Shown here piece by piece: positions 30,273 to 42,471 of a DNA stretch of 64,000 nucleotides. Numbering within the stretch: the first letter of the stretch is position 1; the number at the start of each line of letters is the position of its first letter. Source of the stretch: Macrostomum lignano (lineage: Eukaryota). The DNA lies in NCBI GenBank assembly GCA_002269645.1, contig NIVC01000312.1:310001-374000 (forward strand). Reading direction: 5' to 3'. Under the pieces are notes generated by a model that did no database searches, had not been told where the DNA came from, and was given only the letters and a program-made list of their open reading frames with translations. Position numbers and translations under genes: made by a program.

Positions 30273-33200
30273 GTGCAAATCCGGTCTGACTAATTCCTTT
30301 CTATCTATGAATCCAACCCCAGCGGCTGGAGGCGCAGCAGACCGAGCTGCAGCAGGAGAAAGAGTACGCCGAGCTTGCCATGCGCGAGCTCGAATCTGAA
30401 CTGGCCGCGCTGCGCTCTGAGATGACGGACGCTCAGACTACGCTGGAACGGACTCGGGAAGAGAAAACCGCTTTAGAAAAGCGGGCAAAGCAGCTGCTGG
30501 AGCAGGAGAAGCAGAGAGCTGGAGACGAGGAAAGCCAAGACAACGGGGGAGAAGAGTTGGCCAAGCTGAGGCGCGAAGTTGAAGAAAAAATTCGAGAGAA
30601 ATCGGCGCTCGCTTCCGCGCTGGAGGGCGAGAGAAGCGCCTTTGATCAGCAGGTGAGACTTGAGTTTCATCTGAGGGTAGCTAGTAGATACCTGAAGTTT
30701 CATCTGAAGGTAGCTAGTAGACACCTGAAGCATCATCTGAGGGTAGCTAGTAGACACCTGAAGTATCATCATTTAAGGGTAGCTAGTAGACACCTGAAGC
30801 ATTATCTGAGGGTAGCTAGTAGACACCTGAAGCATCATCTGAGGGTAGCTAGTAGACACCTGAAGCATTATCTGAGGGTAGCTAGTAGACACCTGAAGTT
30901 TCATCTGAGGGTAGCTAGTAGACACCTGAAGCATTATCTGAGGGTAGCTAGTAGACACCTGAAGCATTATCTGAGGGTAGCTAGTAGACACCTGAAGCAT
31001 TATCTGAGGGTAGCTAGTAGACACCTGAAGTTTCATCTGAGGGTAGCTAGTAGACACCTGAAGCATTATCTGAGGGTAGCTAGTAGACACCTGAAGCATC
31101 ATCTGAGGGTAGCTAGTAGACACCTGAAGCATCATCTGAGGGTAGCTAGTAGACACCTGAAGTATCATCATTTAAGGGTAGCTAGTAGACACCTGAAGCA
31201 TTATCTGAGGGTAGCTAGTAGACACCTGAAGCATCATCTGAGGGTAGCTAGTAGACACCTGAAGCATTATCTGAGGGTAGCTAGTAGACACCTGAAGTTT
31301 CATCTGAGGGTAGCTAGTAGACACCTGAAGCATTATCTGAGGGTAGCTAGTAGACACTGAAGCCTCATCTGAGGGTAGCTAGTAGACACCTGAAGTATCA
31401 TCATCTAAGGGTAGCTAGTAGATGATCCAGTGTCTACCTGAAGCATCATCTGAGGGTAGCTAGTAGACACCTGAAGCATTATCTGAGGGTAGCTAGTAGA
31501 CACCTGAAGTTTCATCTGAGGGTAGCTAGTAGACACCTGAAGTTTCATCTGAGGGTAGCTAGTAGACACCTGAAGTCTCATCGAAGGGTAGCTAGTAGAC
31601 ACCTGAAGTCTCATCGGAGGGTAGCTAGTAAACACCTGAAGTCTCATCTGAGGGTAGCTAGTAGACACCTGAAGTATCATCATCTAAGGGTAGCTAGTAG
31701 ACACCTGAAGCATTATCTGAGGGTAGCTAGTAGACACCTGAAGTTTCATCTGAGGGTAGCTAGTAGACACCTGAAGTATCATCGGAGGGTAGCTAGTAAA
31801 CACCTGAAGTCTCATCTGAGGGTAGCTAGTAGACACCTGAAGTATCATCATCTAAGGGTAGCTAGTAGACACCTGAAGCATTATCTGAGGGTAGCTAGTA
31901 GACACCTGAAGTTTCATCTGAGGGTAGCTAGTAGACACCTGAAGTCTCATCTGAGGGTAGCTAGTAGACACCTGAAGCATCATCTGGGGGTAGCTAGTAG
32001 ACACCTGAAGCATCATCTGAGGGTAGCTAGTAGACACCTGAGGTCTCAACTATTCGATATTCGAAGGCCCAAGAGCTCAGCAATGCGGTCCGGCAATTGA
32101 GCGAGCAGCGCGCCCGAGCCAGCGCCGAACTGGCCGCGGAGCAGCGGGCGCGCCAACTCGCCGAGGCGCGTCTGCGCGAGGCGGAGAACAGCCTGGCCAG
32201 GCTTCATGCCAGCGTTAGCGAAGAGAGAAGCGTCTACACGCCCGAGCAGAAAGAGGAGATGAAAGCTGATGTTGGACAGCTAAAGGCCTATTTTGAGGTT
32301 GGATTCCTGTCAGTTTTTGTATAACATGATTATCGTTTTATATGCATGCAGTCTAGGAATCACCCCCACGTCAATTTACTTATAATTAGAAATCGCCCCC
32401 ACCTCTTAATACCTGTAATTAGAAATCGCCCCCACCTCTTAATACCTGTAATTAGAAATCGCCCCCACCTCTTAATACCTGTAATTAGAAATCGCCCCCA
32501 CCCCTAATTATAATTAGCAATTACCCCCCACCTCTAATTATACCTGTAATTAGCAATCGCCCCCACCTCTAATTAGGCTAATTAAAAATCGCCCTTACCT
32601 CTAATTAGGAATCGCCTCCATCTCTAATTAGGCAAATTAGGAATCGCCTAAGGCAAATAATTAGGCTAATGAAGAATCGCCCCCACCTCTAATTACGAGG
32701 GATGTTCCATAAGTACTTATACTTTTGCATGCTGCTCAGGAACTACGCAACCAATCATTGTAAGTTTTATGTCGCTGGAAAGCGGCTTTACTCATCTTTA
32801 ATCTGTCGCCAAAATCATTTCGTTCTGTCAACTATGTCAAAAGTTACAACAAAAAACGTAGTCAAAGGTCACCCATAGACTTACAAGAAATTTTCAAAAT
32901 CAAAACTTCAAAGTTCAGCACGCAGAGTTATTTCGGATTCTACATAATGCATTCTTTTTTGCTTCATAAGCGAATGCCACACCCTTTTCGTCTATGGAAA
33001 ATACTGGCCTAAGCTTTCACAGCATCTTAATCTTAAGATCACAGCATCTTAATCTTGTAAAGTTTCACCACCTTGGCTGCTGCTGCATCACCATGGATGT
33101 GAACTCAAGGGAAGGACAGCGCGCTGCAATTTTTACCCTCTGGAAACTCGGAAAAAAGCGATCAGAGATTTATGCGGATTTATGCAACATTCATGGAGCT

Positions 33201-35234
33201 AATGCGGTGAGCAGGATGACCGTCTACAACTGGGTTGAGCAGTTCGAAGCAGGAAGGACCAATCCTCCGGTAAAAGCTCAAAGGACGCACATGGAAAGAA
33301 GATCATGCTGTCTCTGTTTTTCGACTGCAATGGTCCTCTAACTGTCGAGTTTTTGGAGCCAAACACTACAATAAACTCTGAGCGCTACGTTGAAACGCTA
33401 ACAAAGCTGCATCATGACATCCAGAACAAGCGTCGTGAAAATCCCAGACCTTTCATTCTTCATCATGACAATGCAAGGCCTCATACAGCACAAAAGACAG
33501 TCGAGGCAATCAGCAAGCTGAAGCTCCATCTTCTACCTCACCCTCCTTACTCTCCAGACCTGGCACCAGCAGACTTTGCTTTATTTCCAGAGTTGAAGCG
33601 CCATCTGAAAGGACGCGTGTACGAGACCAGGAACCAGATCGAGGAGGAAGTCCGCAGAATTCTGCTGTATGTCATCCCCCGACAGCTGTACGCAGAAGCC
33701 ATCAAAAGCATGTTTAACAGGTGGACCAAGTGCATCAACTCCGGTGGAAACTACGTTGAGAAGGTGTCGGTACCGACTGAGGATGAGTGACAAAGAAGTC
33801 AAACTTTCTGTCATCAACAACGCGCCTCTGTTTTCATGCTTGCCATTGTAGTTGTTGCTCTTTAAATTTCTTGTAAGTCTATGGGTGACCTTTGACTACG
33901 TTATTTGTTGTAACTTTTGACATAGTTGACAGAACGAAATGATTTTGGCGACAGATTAAAGATGAGTAAAGCCGCTTTCCAGCGACATAAAACTTACAAT
34001 GATTGGTTGCGTAGTTCCTGAGCAGCATGCAAAAGTATAAGTACTTATGGAACATCCCTCGTAGGAATCGCCCCCACCTCTAATTAGGAATCGCCCCATC
34101 TCTAATTAGGAATCGCCCCACCTCTAATTAGGAATCGCCCCATCTCTAATTAGGAATCGCCCCATCTCTAATTAGGAATCGCCCCACCTCTAATTAGGAA
34201 TTGCCCCACCTCTAATTAGGAATCGCCCTACCTCTAATTAGGAATCGCCCCACCTCTAATTAGGAATCGCCCTACCTCTAATTAGGAATCGCCCCACCTC
34301 TAATTAGGAATTGCCCCACCTCTAATTAGGAATCGCCCCATCTCTAATTAGGAATCGCCCCATCTCTAATTAGGAATCGCCCCACCTCTAATTAGGAATC
34401 GCCCCATCTCTAATTAGGAATCGCCCCATCTCTAATTAGGAATTGCCCCATCTCTAATTGGGAATCGCCCCATCTCTAATTAGGAATCGCCCCATCTCTA
34501 ATTAGGAATTGCCCCATCTCTAATTGGGAATCGCCCCATCTCTAATTAGGAATCGCCCCATCTCTAATTAGGAATCGCCCCACCTCTAATTAGAAATCGC
34601 CCCCACCTCTAATTAGGAATTGCCCCACCTCTAATTAGGAATCGCCCCACCTCTAATTAGGAATTTCCCCATCTCTAATTGAGAATCGCCCCATCTCTAA
34701 TTAGGAATTGCCCCACCTCTAATTAGGAATCGCCCCACCTCTAATTAGGAATTGCCCCATCTCTAATTGAGAATCGCCCCATCTCTAATTAGGAATCGCC
34801 CCATCTCTAATTAGGAATTGCCCCACCTCTAATTAGGAATCGCCCTACCTCTAATTAGGAATCGCCCCACCTCTAATTAGGAATCGCCCTACCTCTAATT
34901 AGGAATCGCCCCACCTCTAATTGGGAATCGCCCTGTTAAGTTATTTAAGAATTGCCCTTCCACCAAAGCCATTCCGGACCTGTCTCCATTCTCTCAGAAC
35001 CTGATCGCCAGCAAGTCGGCAGACTCAGGCGCTGTAAAGCTACGTCGCTCAAGTCGTCTACAGCCGCAGCAGCAGCAGCAGCAGCAGCAGGTTCTGCAAC
35101 AACCGGAACAACAGCAGCAGCCGTTTTTGGTTCGGGCCAGGTCTCAGAGGCTCCGCGAGAGGCACAGGTCGAGGCTAAGCTGCATGCAGCCTTCGCTATC
35201 AGCCACCGCACCTGTGTCTCCTCTGGCTAACTAA
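26817..35234 (+). CDS. PLEKHD1: PH domain + coiled-coil protein, PLEKHD1-like, about 437 aa
   Basis: Exons 26817-26926, 27038-27131, 29292-29381, 29468-29544, 29629-29720, 29819-29871, 30323-30652, 32067-32297, 34998-35234 join in frame (1314 nt). PH motifs: KVQHHGFLLKR..KWQRRFCIIKEGFLL, AIPLGDCVI, QQDWYSAL. LIATLESQG and RLREAENSLARL..KEEMKADVGQLKAYFE match PLEKHD1 as I recall it. The start codon and last exon are the least certain parts. Confidence 0.8.
28470..29230 (-). mobile_element. Decayed, 5'-truncated RTE-type non-LTR retrotransposon (RT fragment) in PLEKHD1 intron 2
   Basis: Minus-strand FDTID..LTAYGVP..LYSNTKA..VLQGDTIAPFIFIIVLDYVLR, then EDIAF (remnant of ADDIAL), DFR*LGS (in-frame stop), QAWKA and RQRLLGHVLR. 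Frameshifts and deletions throughout. Confidence 0.85.
29918..30272. repeat. Compound (GATG)(GATA)(GACA)n microsatellite
   Basis: Direct inspection; PLEKHD1 intron 6. Confidence 0.95.
30660..32042. repeat. Minisatellite, 33 bp (CATCTGAGGGTAGCTAGTAGACACCTGAAGCAT)n
   Basis: Direct inspection; PLEKHD1 intron 7. Confidence 0.97.
32385..34932. repeat. Minisatellite, about 22 bp (CTCTAATTAGGAATCGCCCCAC)n, split by the mariner
   Basis: Arrays at about 32385-32693 and 34064-34932; the mariner sits at the TA of AATTA. Confidence 0.95.
32696..34061 (+). mobile_element. Mariner (DD34D) DNA transposon, internally deleted, 198-bp TIRs, TA TSD
   Basis: TA|CGAGGGATGTTCC...GGAACATCCCTCG|TA. TIRs 32696-32893 and 33864-34061 differ at one base. 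Transposase remnants: MDVNSREGQRAAIF..VYNWVEQFEAGR (HTH) and HHDNARPH-x-YSPDLAPAD with 34 residues between the last two Asp. The WVPHEL linker and first catalytic Asp are missing, and there is a frameshift near 33290. Confidence 0.95.
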
Positions 35235-35420
35235 TTATATAATAATATTAATAAAATTCATATTTATTCCCGCTGTGTAAGTCCAACAATTACCATGACT
35301 CCCGTGTGTGAATCTTCACTAATGCATAAACCAGGTGAGCTCTGATTTAAAGCTCTAATATTCTTATAACAATTGTAATTTTTGAACTGTCGGTGTTAAT
35401 TCAATTTGTCCGTTGAAGAC

Positions 35421-35434
35421 GTTACCTTGGCAAC
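35421..35434. promoter_or_regulatory. Candidate RFX X-box with no assigned downstream gene
   Basis: GTTACCTTGGCAAC fits RTHNYY-WT-RRNRAC with a perfect GGCAAC half-site; it lies about 190 bp after the PLEKHD1 stop. Confidence 0.45.
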
Positions 35435-36056
35435 AAACTCACTAGTGATCCTAACAACTCTGGGCTCTGGGGCGGCTATTGTGACTTTTTAACAACTCAA
35501 ATGACTGTTGAGTTGTGTTAGCGCTTAACTTTCTACTAACTCAAGTAGGTAGACCTGGGTACTGTTTTCATATCGGGTTGAATTATTTTCTTTGTTAATA
35601 AATCGTATTCTAACAACTATCTTGGCTGTGCTATATAATCACTATTTTCATTAGGTGCACATTTATTTAATTGTTTTATTATACAAGTTCTGAAAAATTA
35701 TTGTCCCCACCCCTAGCCTGGCAGGTCAGAGCATTTTTATTTTTAAACATTTTCCATTGTATTGCACTGTTTTAGTATAGTGGATTTTTTGTGTAGTGTT
35801 TTTTTACCAGCTATTCTGTATTACTATTAGTAGTTCACCATTGATTTATTTCCGCTTAACTTAAATTATCAAGTAGTTTTAGTGCCTCAATTTTTATTTT
35901 TTATGCTATTGAGGCGTTAGATTTTTCACTTTAAAGGCGATTATCTGGGCGTAATAAGTTTCAGTCATTAGCGGTTTCCGTCATTGGTCATTAATAGTCT
36001 TTAAGTTTAAATACTTTGTTAAAGACAGATAGAATCACAGAAAGTTTTGTTTATTG

Positions 36057-36722
36057 ACAGTTGAGATCATAGACAGTTGAATTCATAGACAGTTGAGGTC
36101 AGAGACAGTTGAGGTAATATATAGTTGAGGTCATAGACAGTTGAGGTCATAGACAGTTGAGGTAATATACAGTTGAGGTAATATACAGTTGAGGTCATAT
36201 ATAGTTGAGGTCATAGACAGTTGAGGTCATAGACAGTTGAGGTAATATACAGTTGAGGTCATATACAGTTGAGGTCATAGACAGTTGAGGTAATATACAA
36301 TTGAGGTAATATACAATTGAGGTAATAGACAGTTGACGTCATAGACAGTTAAGGTAATATACAGTTAAGGTCATAGACAGTTGAGGTAATATACAGTTAA
36401 GGTCATAGACAGTTGACGTCATAGACAGTTGAGGTAATATACAGTTAAGGTCATAGACAGTTAAGGTCATAGACAGTTAATGTCATAGACAGTTGAGGTC
36501 ATAGACAGTTGAGGTAATATACAGTTAAGGTCATACAGTTAAGGTCATAGACAGTTGAGGTAATATACAGTTAAGGTCATAGACAGTTGACGTCATAGAC
36601 AGTTGAGGTAATATACAGTTAAGGTCATAGACAGTTAAGGTCATAGACAGTTAATGTCATAGACAGTTGAGGTCATAGACAGTTGAGGTAATATACAGTT
36701 AAGGTCATACAGTTAAGGTCAT
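36057..36722. repeat. Minisatellite, 16 bp (ACAGTTGAGGTCATAG / ACAGTTGAGGTAATAT)n
   Basis: Direct inspection. Confidence 0.92.
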
Positions 36723-37354
36723 GTTTCGAATCAATATATGCGTCATGGACAGTTCAGATCTTAAAAGCCTGGTATCATAGACAGTGATGCATAGACACTG
36801 ATAAAGAAATTTCCAGAGCTTCAGTAATTTCTGCGAGCAAAAAATATATATACACAATATAATATAAAAGCTATATATTTTTTTATTTTACGAATGGCTT
36901 TTTAAAGTTGATCAAATATCTATCTTTAAAGCACTTTTGTAGCTATGTACAGTATTTATTCTGTAATGCTACAGTCGTGTATTTTTTACACAATAAATTT
37001 TGTCTATCGTACTGATCATATGCCAAAGTTATTGTAATTTATATGTAGAACTAATAACTTTATCAATTTATCGGAGGCCAACATGTTAAAATTGTTTGTT
37101 AATTCAAATGTGCACATTTTTATTGTTTATGTTTACTACTGTTCCATTGTGCTATTTGTTTGTGTTTTTTGGCAGTTTAAACCTGTTTTGACAGAATAAA
37201 TGCCGTTCATAGATATCATATCAAGGAGGTGTCTTGTTGCCGACTGAGTTTATAAATGCTTCTGGGAAGAGACTGTTCGAAAATTTTATATATATATATT
37301 GCCTTTGAAACTCGCATTTGTATTCATTTATTTTATTAATTCATTCCTTTGCTA

Positions 37355-38300
37355 CTCCAGCCTCCCAGATCCTCAGTTGCTGGGCCACCAGCCCCCCAGA
37401 TCCTCAGTTGCTGGGCCACCAGCCCCCCAGATCCTCAGTTGCTGGGCCACCAGCCTCCCAGATCCTCAGTTGCTGGGCCACCAGCCCCCCAGATCCTCAG
37501 TTGCTGGGCCACCAGCCTCCCAGATCCTCAGTTGCTGGGCCACCAGCCCCCAAGATCCTCAGTTGCTGGGCCACCAGCCTCCCAGATCCTCAGTTGCTGG
37601 GCCACCAGCCTCCCAGATCCTCAGTTGCTGTGCCAGCCTCCCATAGTGTCAGTTGCTGTGCCAGCCTCCCATAGTGTCAGTTGCTGAGCCAGCCTCCCAT
37701 AGTGTCAGTTGCTGTGCCAGCCTCCCAGAGTGTCAGTTGCTGTGCCAGCCTCCCATAGTGTCAGTTGCTGAGCCAGCCTCCCATAGTGTCAGTTGCTGTG
37801 CCAGCCTCCCATAGTGTCAGTTGCTGAGCCAGCCTCCCATAGTGTCAGTTGCTGTGCCAGCCTCCCATAGTGTCAGTTGCTGAGCCAGCCTCCCATAGTG
37901 TCAGTTGCTGTGCCAGCCTCCCATAGTGTCAGTTGCTGAGCCAGCCTCCCATAGTGTCAGTTGCTGTGCCAGCCTCCCAGAGTGTCAGTTGCTGGGCCAG
38001 CCTCCCAGAGTGTCAGTTGCTGGGCCAGCCTCCCATAGTGTCAGTTGCTGTGCCAGCCTCCCATAGTGTCAGTTGCTGAGCCAGCCTCCCATAGTGTCAG
38101 TTGCTGTGCCAGCCTCCCATAGTGTCAGTTGCTGGGCCAGCCTCCCATAGTGTCTGTTGCTGGGCCAGCCTCCCATAGTGTCAGTTGCTGGGCCAGCCTC
38201 CCATAGTGTCAGTTGCTGTGCCAGCCTCCCAGAGTGTCAGTTGCTGAGCCAGCCTCTCAGATACTCAGTTGCTGGGCCAGCCTAAGATCCTCAGTTTCTG
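37355..38300. repeat. Two-phase minisatellite: 31-bp unit switching to a related 28-bp unit
   Basis: CAGATCCTCAGTTGCTGGGCCACCAGCCTCC until about 37630, then CATAGTGTCAGTTGCTGTGCCAGCCTCC. Confidence 0.93.
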
Positions 38301-38934
38301 AGCCACCAGAAGCCACCGCCAACCTCTGAAGATGCTTCAGTTCATTTCACATGCTGCTCGTAACAGTTTCACAAGAGCTGACTGTAAGCTAAAGTCGAAT
38401 AGGGACGGCTTTTGGCTTGATTAGCTAACTGTGTGTAAGAAGCGTGCTGCATTCAATCTGAGTCTTGTTTTACTAAAGTGCAAGATTTATGCGCATAATT
38501 TAGCATAAATTTATGAAAATCGTTTGACCACTTAGGCAGACATTGGTCCGAATTATTCAAGAATTTTATATTGTACTGTTTAGATTGGCTTTTCTTGTGC
38601 TCCGCTAAGGTAACTGGCTGCCTATATGTGCTAGCTATTATTTTAATGTCAATAATATTAATATTAGGTTCTTGTTTCACTATCCAAAATCTAGTTCTGC
38701 TCCCCGGGGTAAAAAATCTGATCCTAGATAAACTTGTAGGGGTAAAGTTGTTCAACGATGCCATGTGTAGCACTCATAATTCTATTTAGCTCACGCATGT
38801 TAATATGCTGCGTGATGTTGGAGAGCATTCTGGTATTTGAGCATTCGAAACATTTAGGATATGTCTGTAAGCTACCATGCATGGCTGGAAGGGATCTGGG
38901 TCGGGAGAGGGAAGGAAATGGGAGTGGAAAAGAT

Positions 38935-40470
38935 GAAAGGGGGGAGAGATGGAAGAGCAAAAGAAAGAGATGGGAGGAGGGAAGAGAGAGATGGGAGGAG
39001 GTAAGAGAGATGGGAGGAGGTGAGAGAGATGGGAGGAGGTAAGAGAGATGGGAGGAGGTGAGAGAGATGGGAGGAGGTGGGAGAGATTGGAGGAGGGAAG
39101 AGAGAAAAATGGGAGGAGGTGAGAGATGGGAGGAGGTGGGAGCGAGATAGGAGGAGGGAAGAGAGATAGGAGGAGGGAAGAGAGATAGGAGGAGATGAGA
39201 AAGATGGGAGGAGGTGAGAAAGATGGGAGGAGGGAAGAGAGATAGGAGGAGGGAAGAGAGATTGGAGGAGGGAAGAGAGATTGGAGGAGGGAAGAGAGAA
39301 AAATGGGAGGAGATGAGAGATGGGAGGAGGTGAGAGAGATGGGAGGGGGGAAGAGGGAGATGGGAGGAGGTGAGAGAGATGGGAGGAGGTGAGAGATGGG
39401 AGGAGGTGGGAGCGAGATAGGAGGAGGGAAGAGAGATAGGAGGAGGGAAGAAAGATTGGAGGAGGGAAGAGAGAAAAATGGGAGGAGATGAGAGATGGGA
39501 GGAGGTGAGAGAGATGGGAGGAGGGAAGAGAGATTGGAGGAGGGAAGAGAGAAAAATGGGAGGAGATGAGAGATGGGAGGAGGTGGGAGAGATGGGAGGA
39601 GGGAAGAGAGATTGGAGGAGGGAAGAGAGATAGGAGGAGGGAAGAGAGATTGGAGGAGGGAAGAGAGAAAAATGGGAGGAGATGAGAGATGGGAGGAGGT
39701 GAGAGAGATGGGAGGAGGGAAGAGAGATTGGAGGAGGGAAGAGAGAAAAATGGGAGGAGATGAGAGATGGGAGGAGGTGAGAGAGATGGGAGGAGGGAAG
39801 AGAGATTGGAGGAGGGAAGAGAGAAAAATGGGAGGAGATGAGAGATGGGAGGAGGTGAGAGAGATAGGAGGAGGGAAGAGAGATTGGAGGAGGGAAGAGA
39901 GAAAAATGGGAGGAGATGAGAGATGGGAGGAGGTGAGAGAGATGGGAGGAGGGAAGAGAGATTGGAGGAGGGAAGAGAGAAAAATGGGAGGAGATGAGAG
40001 ATGGGAGGAGGTGGGAGAGATGGGAGGAGGGAAGAGAGATTGGAGGAGGGAAGAGAGATAGGAGGAGGGAAGAGAGATTGGAGGAGGGAAGAGAGAAAAA
40101 TGGGAGGAGATGAGAGATGGGAGGAGGTGAGAGAGATGGGAGGAGGGAAGAGAGATTGGAGGAGGGAAGAGAGAAAAATGGGAGGAGATGAGAGATGGGA
40201 GGAGGTGAGAGAGATGGGAGGAGGGAAGAGAGATTGGAGGAGGGAAGAGAGAAAAATGGGAGGAGATGAGAGATGGGAGGAGGTGAGAGAGATAGGAGGA
40301 GGGAAGAGAGATTGGAGGAGGGAAGAGAGAAAAATGGGAGGAGATGAGAGATGGGAGGAGGTGAGAGAGATGGGAGGAGGGAAGAGAGAGAGATGGGAGG
40401 AGGGGAGAGAGATGGGAGGAGGGAGATGGGAGGAGGGAAGAGAGTGAGATGGGAGGAGGGGAGAGTGAGG
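38935..40470. repeat. Polypurine minisatellite with a 78-bp higher-order unit
   Basis: GAGAGATGGGAGGAGGGAAGAGAGATTGG...; the ORF track shows a 26-aa period. Confidence 0.93.
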
Positions 40471-41049
40471 CAGAGACGGGAAGCAGTGGAGTGCTGGTAG
40501 TGTACAGCGATCTCGTGTTTCGATCTCAGGGCAATAAAACACGTACATGAATATATTTTATAATATTATACCTTGCTTCAGCTATAGCCCTCAGCCCCAC
40601 TGTGGCAGGCCCAAAGAAATTGACCTGACGAGGTTCGCGCCTTGACCGTGCGGGCGGATTTTATGGCCCCCATGCAGTGCGTCTAAGATGGCTTTCGTGT
40701 ATAATAAATTAGTCTGGACATGGGGATGGCATGCAGTATACCTGCTCCTTAATGTGACAGCTCATATTGATTTTTTCTAGGCTACATCCAGCTGCTTTAG
40801 AACTGCTCTGCGACTTTAGGACCCTCCCTGCTCACTACCTCCCATGTAATCCACTTTGCCTGTGCGCCTCGTCTATTCCCCCAGTGTTAAATGAGCGGAG
40901 ATAATCAGTAGCGTAACTCCGCTACCATAGACAGACATCCGTGCCATACATGGCTAGCGAAGATAAGGCGTTATATTCGGGTCGCACATGCCGTGGATTG
41001 CATACAAAGAATCGCATGATACGAGGAGACATCAGGCGATTCTTGTTTA

Positions 41050-41915
41050 TCTCTCCCCCACTGCCTCCCATCTCCCACACTGCCTCCCATCTCTCCCCCA
41101 CTGCCTCCCATATCTCCGCCACTGCCTCCCATATCTCCCCAATGCCTCCCATCTCTCCCACACTGCCTCCCATCTCTCCCCCACTGCCTCCCATCTCTCC
41201 CCCACTGCCTCCCATCTCTCCCCCACTGCCTCCCATATCTCCGCCACTGCCTCCCATATCTCCCCAATGCCTCCCATCTCTCCCACACTGCCTCCCATCT
41301 CTCCCCCACTGCCTCCCATCTCTCCCCCACTGCCTCCCATATCTCCCCCACTGCCTCCCATATCTCCCCCACTGCCTCCCATATCTCCCTCACTGCCTCC
41401 CATCTCTCCCCACTGCCTCCCATCTCTCCCCACCGCCTCCCATATCTCCCTCACTGCCTCCCATCTCTCCCCACTGCCTCCCATCTCTCCCCCACTGCCT
41501 CCCATCTCTCCCCACTGCCTCTCATCTCTCCCCACTGCCTCCCATCTCTCCCCACTGCCTCCCATCTCTCCCCACTCGCTCCCACTTTTCATTCCCTCCC
41601 ATCTCTCCCCACCGCCTCCCATATCTCCCTCACTGCCTCCCATCTCTCCTCACTGCCTCCCATCTCTCCCCACTGCCTCTCATATCTCCCTCACTGCCTC
41701 CCATCTCTCCCTCACTGCCTCCCATATCTCCCTCACTGCCTCCCATCTCTCCTCACTGCCTCCCATCTCTCCCCACTGCCTCTCATATCTCCCTCACTGC
41801 CTCTCATATCTCCCTCACTGCCTCCCATCTCTCCCTCACTGCCTCCCATCTCTCCCCACTGCCTCCCATCTCTCCCCACTGCTCCCATCTCTCCCCACCT
41901 CCTCTCATCTCTCCC
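41050..41915. repeat. Polypyrimidine-rich minisatellite (CCCACTGCCTCCCATCTCTC)n
   Basis: Direct inspection. Confidence 0.93.
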
Positions 41916-42471
41916 CTCTCGTTTACCCCAACTGAAACTCGCGCATTAGCAACTATTTACAAAAGCCACTAGTGGCCAAGAGGTCACTGATCGACTTTAC
42001 AAAAAAACTCTCTCTACACTCAACACTGTTTCTCTCAACACTGCGTGTGCGGGCGCATCCTGCACACCAAACAGACAACTGACAATTTATATTGCAATAA
42101 TGAATGAATGCTGAACTACCCCATCATCTGTGCCAGAACAGTTCTGCCACTGCCTGCGCTTAACTTTAAGTGCCCCGCGCAATTTGCTTTCAAGCTAATG
42201 GATGCTTTTTGATGGGGTTTGATGGCTCCGGCTGCGCTGCCAGGGACCTCTGAGCCAATTCAACAGAAAGTAGCCTTAAGTGTCCTTTACTTGGCTTCCA
42301 ATCCAGTTTGCTAGTATAGTTTTAAGTAGTCCCTCGAGCGCCATCGGTCATAAACATTTTCGGACATTTTCGGGCGTTTTGATGGACAATAAAATGTTTA
42401 AATTGGGACTTCTTGATGACAGGTCACTGCGCGTATGGAAGTCAAGCATTTCTCTCTTATTCTACTCTGCA

